IMG/VR virus record: IMGVR_UViG_3300043812_000016
Location: 1 to 64,000 of that record
Direction: 5' to 3' (one strand)
DNA: 64,000 nt
Source of the DNA: a virus
Lineage: Duplodnaviria > Caudoviricetes
Part shown: piece by piece, positions 49,183 through 58,960 of the stretch
How the letters are laid out: every line of letters starts with the position of its first letter
Numbering within the stretch: position 1 is the stretch's first letter
Notes under the pieces: generated by a model
What the model was told of the DNA's origin: nothing
What the model saw: only the letters and a program-made list of their open reading frames with translations
Database searches by the model: none
Translations under genes and position numbers: made by a program

Positions 49183-49605
49183 TTGTCTGGTTTAACAGAT
49201 TCAATTCGTCAAATGATTTCAGCAGGGGAGACTGCTGATAAAGAACAAGCAACCGATAATATTAAACAAACAATTGAATTAGTTTCTAAGAAGCTTTTAG
49301 ATCAGGCAATGAGTGGAACTTCTGAACTTGACGTTAAAGACTTAAAGGACTTAGCTTCTGTTTATACTTTATTACAGCAAACTTCTGCTGGCGATGATAC
49401 GCAAACAGGTGCTCCACAAGCTCCTGCTGGTATGAGTGATATTTTTAATGACTCTATCCCTGTTTATAAAGATCCACAGGACGAGAATAAGAAACGGGTA
49501 GATCAAGATGATTTAATTGATTTATCGTCTAAGGATATTGATAAAATGGTATCAGATCAGTTCAAGGAACAAAATGATCTCAATTATAAAGCTAATGAAG
49601 CTTAA
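49183..49605 (+). CDS. terS: putative terminase small subunit
   Basis: size, position after the Cys-rich gene and upstream of TerL, LSSKDIDKMV..QN tail resembling Twort-like TerS (from memory). Confidence 0.55.
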   Translation: MSGLTDSIRQMISAGETADKEQATDNIKQTIELVSKKLLDQAMSGTSELDVKDLKDLASVYTLLQQTSAGDDTQTGAPQAPAGMSDIFNDSIPVYKDPQDENKKRVDQDDLIDLSSKDIDKMVSDQFKEQNDLNYKANEA

Positions 49606-49836
49606 TTATTGACTTATTAAATAATTATGCTATTATAATTTATAAGTCGGTCAAACTTATGTATGGTGTTTTTTATTTTGAGGTAGCTACTGCAGTAGCT
49701 ACCTTTTGTTATATAAGCAGTATATAAAGGATTAAAATTAGAAGTAGGAGATTTAGCTACCCCTCTATAAAATTTTTAATTAATCAGAAAAACCACTTAA
49801 ACTAAGAATAAATCTTAGATTAGGTGGTTATTTTAG

Positions 49837-50547
49837 TTGATTAAGTTGTATAATAATGATTGTTTAAAAATTTTACCGACTTTACCAGACCATAGTGTAG
49901 ATATGGTTTTATCTGACCTTCCGTTCGGATCAACTAGGAATCAGTGGGATTCTATTATTCCAATGGATCAGCTTTGGGAGCAGTATAAACGCTTATTAAA
50001 AGTAGGTGGAGTAGTTGCTTTGTTTGGTGACGAACCTTTTTCATCTAGTTTAAGGCTATCTAATCCTAAATGGTATCGTTATGATTGGTATTGGATTAAA
50101 AATAGAGGTTCTGGTTTTCTTAATGCTAAGAAAATGCCCTTAAAAGCGGTTGAGACTATTTCCATTTTTTATCCTAAGCTCCCTCTTTATAATCCACAAA
50201 TGGTTGAGGGAAAGCATTATAAAGCTAAGAATGATACTAAAAGTAATAATTGGGGTTCTTATAAGACTGGCTGGGTTACTGATAATAAAGGTACCCGTTA
50301 TCCAGTTAATGCTATCCATTTTAATAAGTTAGCAAAGACAATTCACCCTACTCAAAAACCAGTTGATCTCTTAGAGTATTTAATTAAGACCTACACTAAT
50401 GAGGGTATGACAGTACTGGACAACACTATGGGTTCTGGGTCTACTGGAGTTGCTTGTAAGAACCTAAATCGTAATTTTATCGGAATTGAAAAAGATCCAG
50501 ATTATTTTAAATTAGCGAAGGAGCGATTAGATGGGAACGTGGATTAA
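49837..50547 (+). CDS. N6/N4 DNA methyltransferase (beta class)
   Basis: SDLPF (DPPY-like), HPTQKP, VLDNTMGSGSTG, FIGIE. Confidence 0.92.
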   Translation: MIKLYNNDCLKILPTLPDHSVDMVLSDLPFGSTRNQWDSIIPMDQLWEQYKRLLKVGGVVALFGDEPFSSSLRLSNPKWYRYDWYWIKNRGSGFLNAKKMPLKAVETISIFYPKLPLYNPQMVEGKHYKAKNDTKSNNWGSYKTGWVTDNKGTRYPVNAIHFNKLAKTIHPTQKPVDLLEYLIKTYTNEGMTVLDNTMGSGSTGVACKNLNRNFIGIEKDPDYFKLAKERLDGNVD

Positions 50548-50737
50548 ATGCTTACTTTTTATCCTATTAATTTTAGTTATTATTGTTACTCTTTTTGCTA
50601 TTGTTGGTTATAGTGTATTATTTTTAATTTCACTTTTTCATATTACTGTTGATTTTAGCTTTTTAAATGCTGTGTTTGCTGGTGGAGCAACCTGTGTTTG
50701 TTTTAGCTTAATTGGGGGTATCTGGGGTGAAAAATAA
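50531..50737 (+). CDS. small membrane protein
   Basis: two TM segments. Confidence 0.6.
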   Translation: MGTWIKCLLFILLILVIIVTLFAIVGYSVLFLISLFHITVDFSFLNAVFAGGATCVCFSLIGGIWGEK

Positions 50738-51107
50738 ATTAAAGAGCGGGCTAGTTTATATTATTTTTGCAATTTTTGTTAGCTTAGTATCTTCTGGTTT
50801 TGTCTATTTAGTTTCTTTTATTCCTTTTTTAGGTCCTATTCCTAATTATTCTTATTTATTTTGGCTTTCATTTTTATATCTTATAGAGGTTGAGATTATT
50901 AAGAAATTATTTAATTTACATACCAATTTAGTATTAATAATTTTATTTATCCTTGTATATGGGGCTGGTTTTGCTTATTTAGGACTACCAGCTAATAATT
51001 GGTTAGCTCTTTTCATGTTATTCTTATCTATTTTAACAGCTTCTATTGTACAGTTAGGTTATCGTTATTTTAAGCGGGGTGCGAATGGTAAAACAAAAGA
51101 TAATTAA
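50712..51107 (+). CDS. membrane protein
   Basis: four TM segments. Confidence 0.6.
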   Translation: MGVSGVKNKLKSGLVYIIFAIFVSLVSSGFVYLVSFIPFLGPIPNYSYLFWLSFLYLIEVEIIKKLFNLHTNLVLIILFILVYGAGFAYLGLPANNWLALFMLFLSILTASIVQLGYRYFKRGANGKTKDN

Positions 51108-51963
51108 ATCTCCAATTAACTATATGGGAAGTAAGAGACGTTTGCTTCCTCAGTTGTTGCCAGAACTACAACAAGACAACATTGATACATTCTTCGATTT
51201 GTTTGCGGGTGCAGGTAATGTTTCTTTAAACGTCAAAGCTCGGTATCATATCTGGAATGATCTTTCTACTCCTTTGGTTCAGATGTTTAAGGATCTATCT
51301 ACTTTAAATTCTTTGCAGTTTGAAGCTTCTAAAGAGTATATCATTAATCTAACTAATAAAGACGAATTCTTGAAGTTAAGATCTGATTATAATTCTGGTT
51401 ATTTTGAATACGACTTTGATAAATCTATCTCTCTCTATCTGCTGATTATTGCTTCTTTTAATGGCTTACCCCGTTTTAATAAAGCTTTTGAATACAATAT
51501 GCCTTATGCTAATTCTGAACGAGTTAATAAACGTTATTTAGAGAATAAGCTAAAGATTTTAGGTGACTTTATTAAAGTAATTAAAAATGGCTCTTATGGT
51601 TTTACCAATAAAAGTTATGATAAGGTAATTAATCTTAACACTGTTCATGATAATGATTTAGTTTATATGGATCCGCCTTATAGTCTAACTACCGCTACCT
51701 ATAATGATGGTAAGCGGGGTCTTAATTGGACTGAGGAAGACGATGTTAAGTTAGTAAATTACTTTAATGATTTAACACAAGCAGGGGTTAAGACTGCGAT
51801 GTCTAATGTGTTATCACATCGTGGAAAAGTTAATACAGTTTTAATGGAGTTTATTAAAGCTAATCCAGATCTTAAAGTTGTTCATTTTAATATGGACTAT
51901 TCTAATTCAACATATCATACTAAGTCTGGTAAAAGTGATGAAATTTTAATTAAAAACTATTGA
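51079..51963 (+). CDS. Dam/D12-class adenine methyltransferase
   Basis: SPINYMGSK, DLFAGAG, YMDPPY. Confidence 0.92.
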   Translation: MRMVKQKIIKSPINYMGSKRRLLPQLLPELQQDNIDTFFDLFAGAGNVSLNVKARYHIWNDLSTPLVQMFKDLSTLNSLQFEASKEYIINLTNKDEFLKLRSDYNSGYFEYDFDKSISLYLLIIASFNGLPRFNKAFEYNMPYANSERVNKRYLENKLKILGDFIKVIKNGSYGFTNKSYDKVINLNTVHDNDLVYMDPPYSLTTATYNDGKRGLNWTEEDDVKLVNYFNDLTQAGVKTAMSNVLSHRGKVNTVLMEFIKANPDLKVVHFNMDYSNSTYHTKSGKSDEILIKNY

Positions 51964-52135
51964 CATCATCTATTAAAATGATTAATATAACAAGTATAGA
52001 TTTCATTAACGTTATCAATGGAGTCTCCTTTCTTTTAATAATTATTGTTTAGAAAAGCCTACAGTATTATCAATCTCTAATGGACTGTGGGCTTTTCTTT
52101 TTGTCTTTTTTAGCTTATAATTGTATTAAATTATT

Positions 52136-52414
52136 GTGAAAAGAGTTTGGCTAATGCAAACAAAAGAAAGTCCTAAAAAAGAACAATTAACTAAGGTAGC
52201 CGTTTCTACTGGTTGTCCATATTGTCATTCTCCTTATAAGGTAAATTATTTACCCGATAGTGGAATGGGAGTATCTATTGAGTGTGACGATTCTGGTATA
52301 ATTCAGCCTTATTTATCTGTAGAGCATACAGGTAATTTTGACGAAGAAGTATTAGCTGATATTGTGGAGCAGATTGAGATTAAGTTTTGTCCTTTTTGCG
52401 GTAGGGAGTTGTAA
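52136..52414 (+). CDS. small zinc-ribbon protein
   Basis: CPYCH ... FCPFCGREL. Confidence 0.75.
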   Translation: MKRVWLMQTKESPKKEQLTKVAVSTGCPYCHSPYKVNYLPDSGMGVSIECDDSGIIQPYLSVEHTGNFDEEVLADIVEQIEIKFCPFCGREL

Positions 52415-52530
52415 TTATGGATGGTTGTACTTTTACATTTAAAGATATAGAAGATCATGTAGCTAAGGTAAAACAGAAGGCTTTAACAAGTGCAATGAGG
52501 AATAATCCTGTTTATGTAGATATAATTTGA

Positions 52531-52799
52531 GAAAACACGTTACTTTAGTTGCGTGATGAATCAATTAGTGGTATAATAAAAACTGTAAAGAATTTAGGTA
52601 ATTTTAGATACGAAAACCAAGTATCTTAATAAGTTACTTAATAATATTAAAGGTTAGGGACTAGCCTTGGTAAGATAGCTTAGTTCTGTAAGTTAGGTAT
52701 AGTGAATACTGATGTAAGATCCTAAATACTACTAGGTGTTCCCAGAATCTCCCACTTCAAGTGTTAAACATAAGGTTTAGCTAAGTGGGAGAAGTTCAA
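52531..52799 (+). mobile_element. non-autonomous IS200/IS605 derivative (MITE/PATE-like)
   Basis: follows TTGA; left hairpin cacgttactttagttgcgtg; omega-RNA-like scaffold from 52652; right end tctcccactt...aagtgggagaagTTCAA. Confidence 0.7.
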
Positions 52800-52964
52800 T
52801 AGTGTTTTCATGGGTATGTTTGATGAATTAAATGTACATTATCCAGAAGATTAGTAAATGAAAAAGTCTAGGGTTAAGTCCTTAGGCTTTTTTAATATGC
52901 TATAATAATGATTGTGTAAAGGTGGTGATAGCTGATTAGTTTAAAAACAATTTATAAAAAGTCA

Positions 52965-53153
52965 TTGCAAAAGGTAGTTGATAATGCTAGTGCTGAGATG
53001 TTTTTGCCTGATATTGATCGGATTATGCTAAAGTATAAGCACTTAGGCTTGACTAAAGAGCAACAAATGAAGATCTTAGAACAGCTTAGTATTGCTATTG
53101 ACGTAAAGATTAGTAGATTAGCACAAGAAATTAGAGAGGAAGATGATAATTAA
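52965..53153 (+). CDS. hypothetical protein
   Basis: ORF abutting terL. Confidence 0.6.
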   Translation: MQKVVDNASAEMFLPDIDRIMLKYKHLGLTKEQQMKILEQLSIAIDVKISRLAQEIREEDDN

Positions 53154-56100
53154 GTGGATGGTAAACAATTAACAAAGTTAGCTAGGTCGATGTTTAACTT
53201 AGGACCTAAAGATCCTATTACAGTTGATCAGCTAAATTATGTGTTGGGTATGAGTAGACCTAGTAACTATTTATTACAACATCACACGATTAATGGAAAG
53301 CCATTAACCTTTAATGTACCAGATCATGATACTACTAAGGCTTTAAGTCATAGGCCATGGCAAAAAATGGTTATTGACGATGTTAATTATCCAGATCTGT
53401 GCGTAATTAAAAGCCGACAGTTGGGTTTTTCGGAAGTTGGAATTGAGCAGATGATTTATTGGCTTGATATACATAGTGCTGATAAACCTAATGGTTTGTA
53501 TACATTCCCTAGATTAAGTGGGGCTTTTGACAGTAATGTTAATTGAAAAACATCCCCTAAACGGGCAAAGCTTAAAAAGCTGGTAAGAAAGACTAAGCTC
53601 TTATAGAGTAGTGTTAACCCCGTCCTAATAAAATGGCTAACGACTATATAGGGAATATCCTAAAGGGATAAAGATATAGTCTTACAATGTAATAAATTAC
53701 GTTTACATTTGTAAACTTATCGGCAACTTAATGACTTCTATAAGCAACGTATTTTGCCAGAGTTTGAGTCTGGTTATTATAAGTCTTTAATTAAAGATCC
53801 TAAGACAACTACAATGAATGGTATGAAGATTAGAGACTCTAATTTAATTTTCCGTACTAGTTCACAAGGTAGTTCTATGGAAGGTCTAAAAATTGATCGG
53901 CTTGCATTGGATATAATATTTGTTCTGGTTAACAGTAATGTTAATTGAAAAATATCCCCTAAACGGGCTTACCGTAATAAGGTGGTAAGAGAAGCTAAAC
54001 CTTATTTACGAAATAAGGCAGGCTAATCCCGTACCAAGTTAAAACAGGTCTAACGACTATATAGGGAATATCCTAGTAGGATAAAGATATAGTCTGTTTT
54101 ATAATTAAAATTATATATTAAATTGGAATATGATCGCTTAAATCCTCTAGCTGAGCAGTCAGCAATCAGTCTATGCAGTCCTCACCTTATAAGATTGTAA
54201 GTAGATGGTCAACGCCTAAATATGTGGGCGCTAAACTTAGTAATAAGTTTTGAATAAACTTTGTTAAACGGGTATAGCCAAATAACTGAAGTAAATAGGC
54301 TAGTAAGAAAGGCTAAGTCCAGAAGTGGATAGAGTTGATCAACCGTGCTAAATAGAAAAGCCTAACGATTAGGTGTTTACTTACTATATTAGAATATGGT
54401 ATAAAAATAATAGAAAGTGAGTAAACATATGCCTAGAAAAATAACAGATAAGATATTTAAGCAACGAGTATATGATCAAGTAGGTAATGAATATATAGCT
54501 TTAACTCCCTATGTTAAGGGGTATGAAAAAGTTAAGTTTAAGCATACTAAGTGTAACAACACTTTTTGGATGACTCCTAATCATTTTTTAGGGGATCATA
54601 GACGATGCTCCTATTGTAATCATGGTAATGCAAAGTCACCGGAGGAATTTGCAAAAGAATTTTGTAAGGTTGCAGGAAAACATTACATTCAGCTAACTGC
54701 TTATCATCGTTCACATGAAAAAATTGAAGTCATTCATGTTGATTGTGGACATAAATATTGGGTTGACCCTGATTCTTTTGTAAGTGGGGGTAGGAGATGC
54801 CCTAAGTGCTATGGAAATAATAGAAAGACAATTGAGCAGTTTAGAGAAGAGGTTAATTTATTAACTCATGGTGAATACGTTTGTATTTCCGAAAGCTATG
54901 TAAATAATAGAACAAATGTTGAGATTAAACATTTAGTATGTGGCAATAAGTACAAGGTTACACCCCATGATTTTATAGAGGGGAATAGATGTCCTTATTG
55001 CAAGCAATCAAAAGGGGAGAAGTTAGTTCAGAAAATTCTGGATAAACATAAGATACCTTATGAAATACAAAAGCGCTTCGAGTGGTGCAGGCGTGAAAAT
55101 GGTAGCTATTTACCTTTTGACTTTTATCTACCTAACTATAGCTTATGTATTGAGTACGATGGTATTCAGCATTTTAAGAGTGTTAAATACTTTGGGGGAC
55201 GGAAGAAGTTGCTAAGTCAACAAAATAGAGATAATTTCAAAAACAGGTGTTGCTTGAATAAAGAAATATCAGTTATTAGAGTTCCTTATAATCTATCTCC
55301 AGATTTTGTAGAAGTTAAATTAATGTCTGTAATAAATTCTAGGCAAAAAGCAAAGGATCGTATAGCTAAAATTATACGATTATGATATAATCTAATCTAT
55401 TTAGAAATAAATAGTTAATATAATTGACAGTACAAAATTATGGGATACATCGTCTGTTTTTACAATCAGACCAGAGACGTTGGGTACACACTTGCCCACA
55501 TTGCGGTTTTGAACAGGTTTTAGACTATGAGAAGAATGTTAAGCAGGTTAATAAAGATGGTATAGATACAGACGCTAGGGTTGTACAGCCGGGTACTTTT
55601 CAGTTTGTTTGTCAGAAATGCGGAAAATTGCTTGATCGGTGGTATGATGCCAAGTGGGTTGTAACTCGCCCCGGTTCGGGACGTAGACATGGTTATGCAA
55701 TTTCGCAAATGGATAGATTATGTGTCCCCTTTAATAGTGATATTAATTGAAATAAACTTACTAAACGGGTAAAGCTAAATAATAATTACAATAAAGAATA
55801 GGCTAGTAAGAAAGACTAAGTCCTAGTAATTAAGGATATAGTTGACCAACCGTACTAAATCTGATCTATAATAGATAGAGAAGTAAAAGTCTAACGACTA
55901 AACTTCTAATATTAATTTATTAGATAAGAGTGATATTTTATTATGGGTAGACTAAAGACTAATGAAGAATTTTTAAATGATTTGAATAATAAATACGGTA
56001 ATGAATATATACCTTTGTCTCCCTATATAAGGAATAATATAAAAATCCCCTTTTTACATTATGATTGTTGTACTATTGAGTATCATACTCCTAGAAGAAT

Positions 56101-58848
56101 TTTACAGGGTCATGGATGTAAAAAGTGTGGGAATATAAGTAGTGGATGTCAAAGAGAGAAGTCTAATAATAATTTTTTAGAGGAATTAAAATTATTAGGG
56201 TTAGACGACTTTAAGTTTAATGAGTCTTATCGTGGTAGAACTAAAAAGATTAGTTGTACACATCTTAAATGTGGTTTCACTTGGAAAGTATCTCCAGCAA
56301 GCATACTTCTTAATCGAGGATGTCCTAAATGTAGTTTAAATAGGATTAAGTCTTATAATTCATTATCATTTAATGAAGTTATGCGTAGACTACCCAATAA
56401 CATAAAGCTACTTGATCATTATCAAGTTGGAAATTTAAATAAGCACTATCATTTATTATGTACAACTTGTGGGTATGGTAGTAATTATGAATGGTGTCCT
56501 AACTTATTAGATGTAGTCGATAAGGGGTCAGGATGTCCTAATTGTTATTTAAATCATCGAAAGTCTAAAGGAGAATCTATAATTCTTACTATACTGAGGG
56601 ATTTAGGTTTTATCGAGGGTAAGGATTTTATTTATGGATATGTATTATCAAATAGGTTACATTTAGACTTTTATTTTCCTAAAGGCAAAATAGCTATTGA
56701 ATATGATGGTATTCAGCATTATGAACCTAGGGATAAGTTCGGAGGACTACCTGCTTTTAGAAAACAAGTAATTAGAGATAATAATAAAAATGATATTGTT
56801 AGAGAATTAGGAATTGATTTACTACGTATATCATATAAATACAATACCTATAATAAAATATATGGTGTATTAAAACCATTTATCATGTAATGTAAGTTAG
56901 CTATTAACTAGCTAAAGAGATAGTCTTATGTATAATTAAAGTTATACAAATAAAATAATTGGCAGTATGGATCACGGCGGACAAACTGAAGGAAGAGGAG
57001 ATGAGAGCGCCTTCCAAGCAGTTCTTCTATAATTACTCGCTTGGAATGCCTTATGAAGATAAAGGTGCAACCTTTAGAGATGAAGATATTTTAACTCATA
57101 TTGATAGTAGTTATAATAAGCCAGATGATAGAAGTAATTACAAGTACGTATCTATCGGTGTTGATTGGGGTAGATGTTTGCCCCTTTTTATAGGAATATA
57201 AAATAAAAGAACTGTGTTAAACGGGTAAAGCTAAATAACTGAATTGAATAGGCTAGTAAGAAAGACTAAGTCCAGAAGTGGATAGAGTTGACCAACCGTT
57301 CTAAAATAAATGACTAACGATTAAATAGGAGATGATACTAATGTCTAAGTTAACTAATTTGGACTTTATTGAACGTAGCAAGAAAATGGGAGTATTTGAC
57401 GAATATATCTTTTTAGACAAATATGTTAACAATAAAACTCCAATTAGAGCTATTCATAAAGTTTGTGGTAATGAGGTTAGTATTATCCCCCGAGAGTGGT
57501 TTAGAGGAAAGAACAGGTGTAGGAAATGCACTATTAATAAAAAGTGGAGAAAACCTGAAATATCTATTGAGAATGAAAAAGCTAAGATCAATAGTTGTTT
57601 GGGCAACAACTATAAGTTAATAGATGTGAGTTTTTTAACAAAGCATGGTAAAGGATCATATTATGCTAAGATATTAAATTTATCTACGAAAGAATATAAA
57701 ACTGTTAGGGCGGATCATATTACTTCGGATAAACGCTACTTGTCATCCACACACATTAAATCAGTTGGAGAGCTTAGAATTAAATCATACTTAGAGAGAT
57801 GTGGTATTGACTATGTATCACCTAAGACTTTTGAAGGTCTTAAAGATAAGCAGAAGTTACATTATGACTTTTACTTACCTAATAATAGAGTATTGATAGA
57901 ATATCAAGGCGAACAACACTTTAATGCCGACAAACAAATAAGTTGTAATCCTCATGCTTATGAATTACAGGTTAAGCATGATGAAATGAAAAGATCCTAT
58001 GCTAAAAATAATAACTATACATTATATGAAATACCATATACGATTTATAGTTATTCTGAAATATACAGATACATGAATAAATTACTTAATTAAACACACA
58101 GTGCCCAATAAGAGGGCAAAGATATAATCTATGCCCAGCAGAAATGCTGAGGTTAAGTTAAAGGAACACGTACATTCAATTGTTACTTTAGGTATGAGAG
58201 GTAATGGTCAAATTGACCTTATGGATCTTACTCAAATTCCTAGATCAACTGGTGTAGAACATATTGAAGAAGACCTAAATCTAGTCATGAGAAAGATAAA
58301 TCAATATCAGCCTGATATTATTTGTCCCGATTTAGGATTCTCTGGTAATTATGTGCAGAAAATGATGGCTTATTATGGTATTCAGCGTGTATATGGGGTT
58401 GTTGTTAGATCAGCGAAGACTAACGGTGACTTTTAATGCGCATTTTAATGATACTGATTCTACTGTTACTCTGGATAAGCTTACTCAAAATGTTATTCTT
58501 ATGGGTAACATTAAACGGGGTGATATCCATTTCTGGTCTGGTTCCCAGAACGATCCAGAAGTTAGAAAGCTTATTATTCATGGTAAAAATGTTGTTATTC
58601 GTACTGATGAAAAAGAAAATCAGCAGACACATTTAATTGAGTATAGTAAGGTTATTTTACGTAAGGGTCCAGATCATTACTTCCAGTCGATGGTATATGC
58701 TATGGCTGGGCTTGATAAGTTAATGAAAGAGGACGCAATGAAGCGTAGAAAGTCTACACAGATTGATTATCTTGATAATGACATCTTTACTCCAGAACAG
58801 ACGGATATACAACGAGAATATGAAATTAAGAACGAAACGGAGTTCTAA
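53154..58848 (+). CDS. terL: terminase large subunit, 6 exons: 53154-53510, 53715-53912, 54126-54217, 55427-55714, 56962-57171, 58164-58848 (~609 aa)
   Basis: spliced product gives KSRQLGFSE, YTFP|TY, LALD|EYD, WSTP|TVQNYGIH, SQMD|AVW, GVDWG|EH, GPDHY; two single-base indels (~54165, ~58430) must be corrected. Confidence 0.9.
53511..53714 (+). ncRNA. group I intron 1 (no ORF; terminal nucleotide A)
   Basis: P1 CCCU/GGGG, P10 UAAGU/ACUUA, core aaacggg, aacGACUA / aagauaUAGUCU. Confidence 0.85.
53913..54125 (+). ncRNA. group I intron 2 (no ORF)
   Basis: P1 GGAU/GUUC, P10 AUAUUU/GAAUAU, P7 GACUA/UAGUC, omega G. Confidence 0.9.
54218..55426 (+). ncRNA. group I intron 3 with endonuclease ORF
   Basis: P1 CGCCU/GGGCG, P7 GAUUA/UAAUC, omega G. 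Confidence 0.88.
54417..55385 (+). CDS. intron-encoded homing endonuclease (zinc-ribbon repeats + Vsr/DUF559-like nuclease)
   Basis: repeated H..C...RCP.C units; FDFYLP..IEYDGIQH. Confidence 0.85.
   Translation: MSKHMPRKITDKIFKQRVYDQVGNEYIALTPYVKGYEKVKFKHTKCNNTFWMTPNHFLGDHRRCSYCNHGNAKSPEEFAKEFCKVAGKHYIQLTAYHRSHEKIEVIHVDCGHKYWVDPDSFVSGGRRCPKCYGNNRKTIEQFREEVNLLTHGEYVCISESYVNNRTNVEIKHLVCGNKYKVTPHDFIEGNRCPYCKQSKGEKLVQKILDKHKIPYEIQKRFEWCRRENGSYLPFDFYLPNYSLCIEYDGIQHFKSVKYFGGRKKLLSQQNRDNFKNRCCLNKEISVIRVPYNLSPDFVEVKLMSVINSRQKAKDRIAKIIRL
55715..56961 (+). ncRNA. group I intron 4 with endonuclease ORF
   Basis: P1 GGAU/GUCC, P7 GACUA/UAGUC, omega G. Confidence 0.88.
55943..56890 (+). CDS. intron-encoded homing endonuclease (Vsr/DUF559-like)
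   Basis: GCPKC repeats, LDFYFP..IEYDGIQH. Confidence 0.85.
   Translation: MGRLKTNEEFLNDLNNKYGNEYIPLSPYIRNNIKIPFLHYDCCTIEYHTPRRILQGHGCKKCGNISSGCQREKSNNNFLEELKLLGLDDFKFNESYRGRTKKISCTHLKCGFTWKVSPASILLNRGCPKCSLNRIKSYNSLSFNEVMRRLPNNIKLLDHYQVGNLNKHYHLLCTTCGYGSNYEWCPNLLDVVDKGSGCPNCYLNHRKSKGESIILTILRDLGFIEGKDFIYGYVLSNRLHLDFYFPKGKIAIEYDGIQHYEPRDKFGGLPAFRKQVIRDNNKNDIVRELGIDLLRISYKYNTYNKIYGVLKPFIM
57172..58163 (+). ncRNA. group I intron 5 with endonuclease ORF
   Basis: P1 GGGGU/GCCCC, P10 UGUUU/GAACA, P7 GAUUA/UAAUC, omega G. Confidence 0.88.
57332..58093 (+). CDS. intron-encoded homing endonuclease (Vsr/DUF559-like)
   Basis: YDFYLP..IEYQGEQH. Confidence 0.85.
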   Translation: MILMSKLTNLDFIERSKKMGVFDEYIFLDKYVNNKTPIRAIHKVCGNEVSIIPREWFRGKNRCRKCTINKKWRKPEISIENEKAKINSCLGNNYKLIDVSFLTKHGKGSYYAKILNLSTKEYKTVRADHITSDKRYLSSTHIKSVGELRIKSYLERCGIDYVSPKTFEGLKDKQKLHYDFYLPNNRVLIEYQGEQHFNADKQISCNPHAYELQVKHDEMKRSYAKNNNYTLYEIPYTIYSYSEIYRYMNKLLN

Positions 58849-58854
58849 TTAAGT

Positions 58855-58895
58855 AAAAGACCTCTACTAGCTTTTATACTAGTAGAGGTCTTTTC
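58855..58895 (+). terminator. terminator after terL
   Basis: aaaagacctctactag / ctagtagaggtctttt perfect inverted repeat. Confidence 0.85.
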
Positions 58896-58960
58896 AGCTA
58901 TATTAAAGGCAGAATTGTAGGTGCTATAATGTATATTTTAAATAAAGGGGTGAAGATTAT

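Noticed and set aside
49741-49765. Similarity to ToxI repeat (AGGUGAUUUGCUACC, from memory)
   Set aside because: Single copy, lacks the downstream pseudoknot partner, and the host range is unrelated; likely chance.
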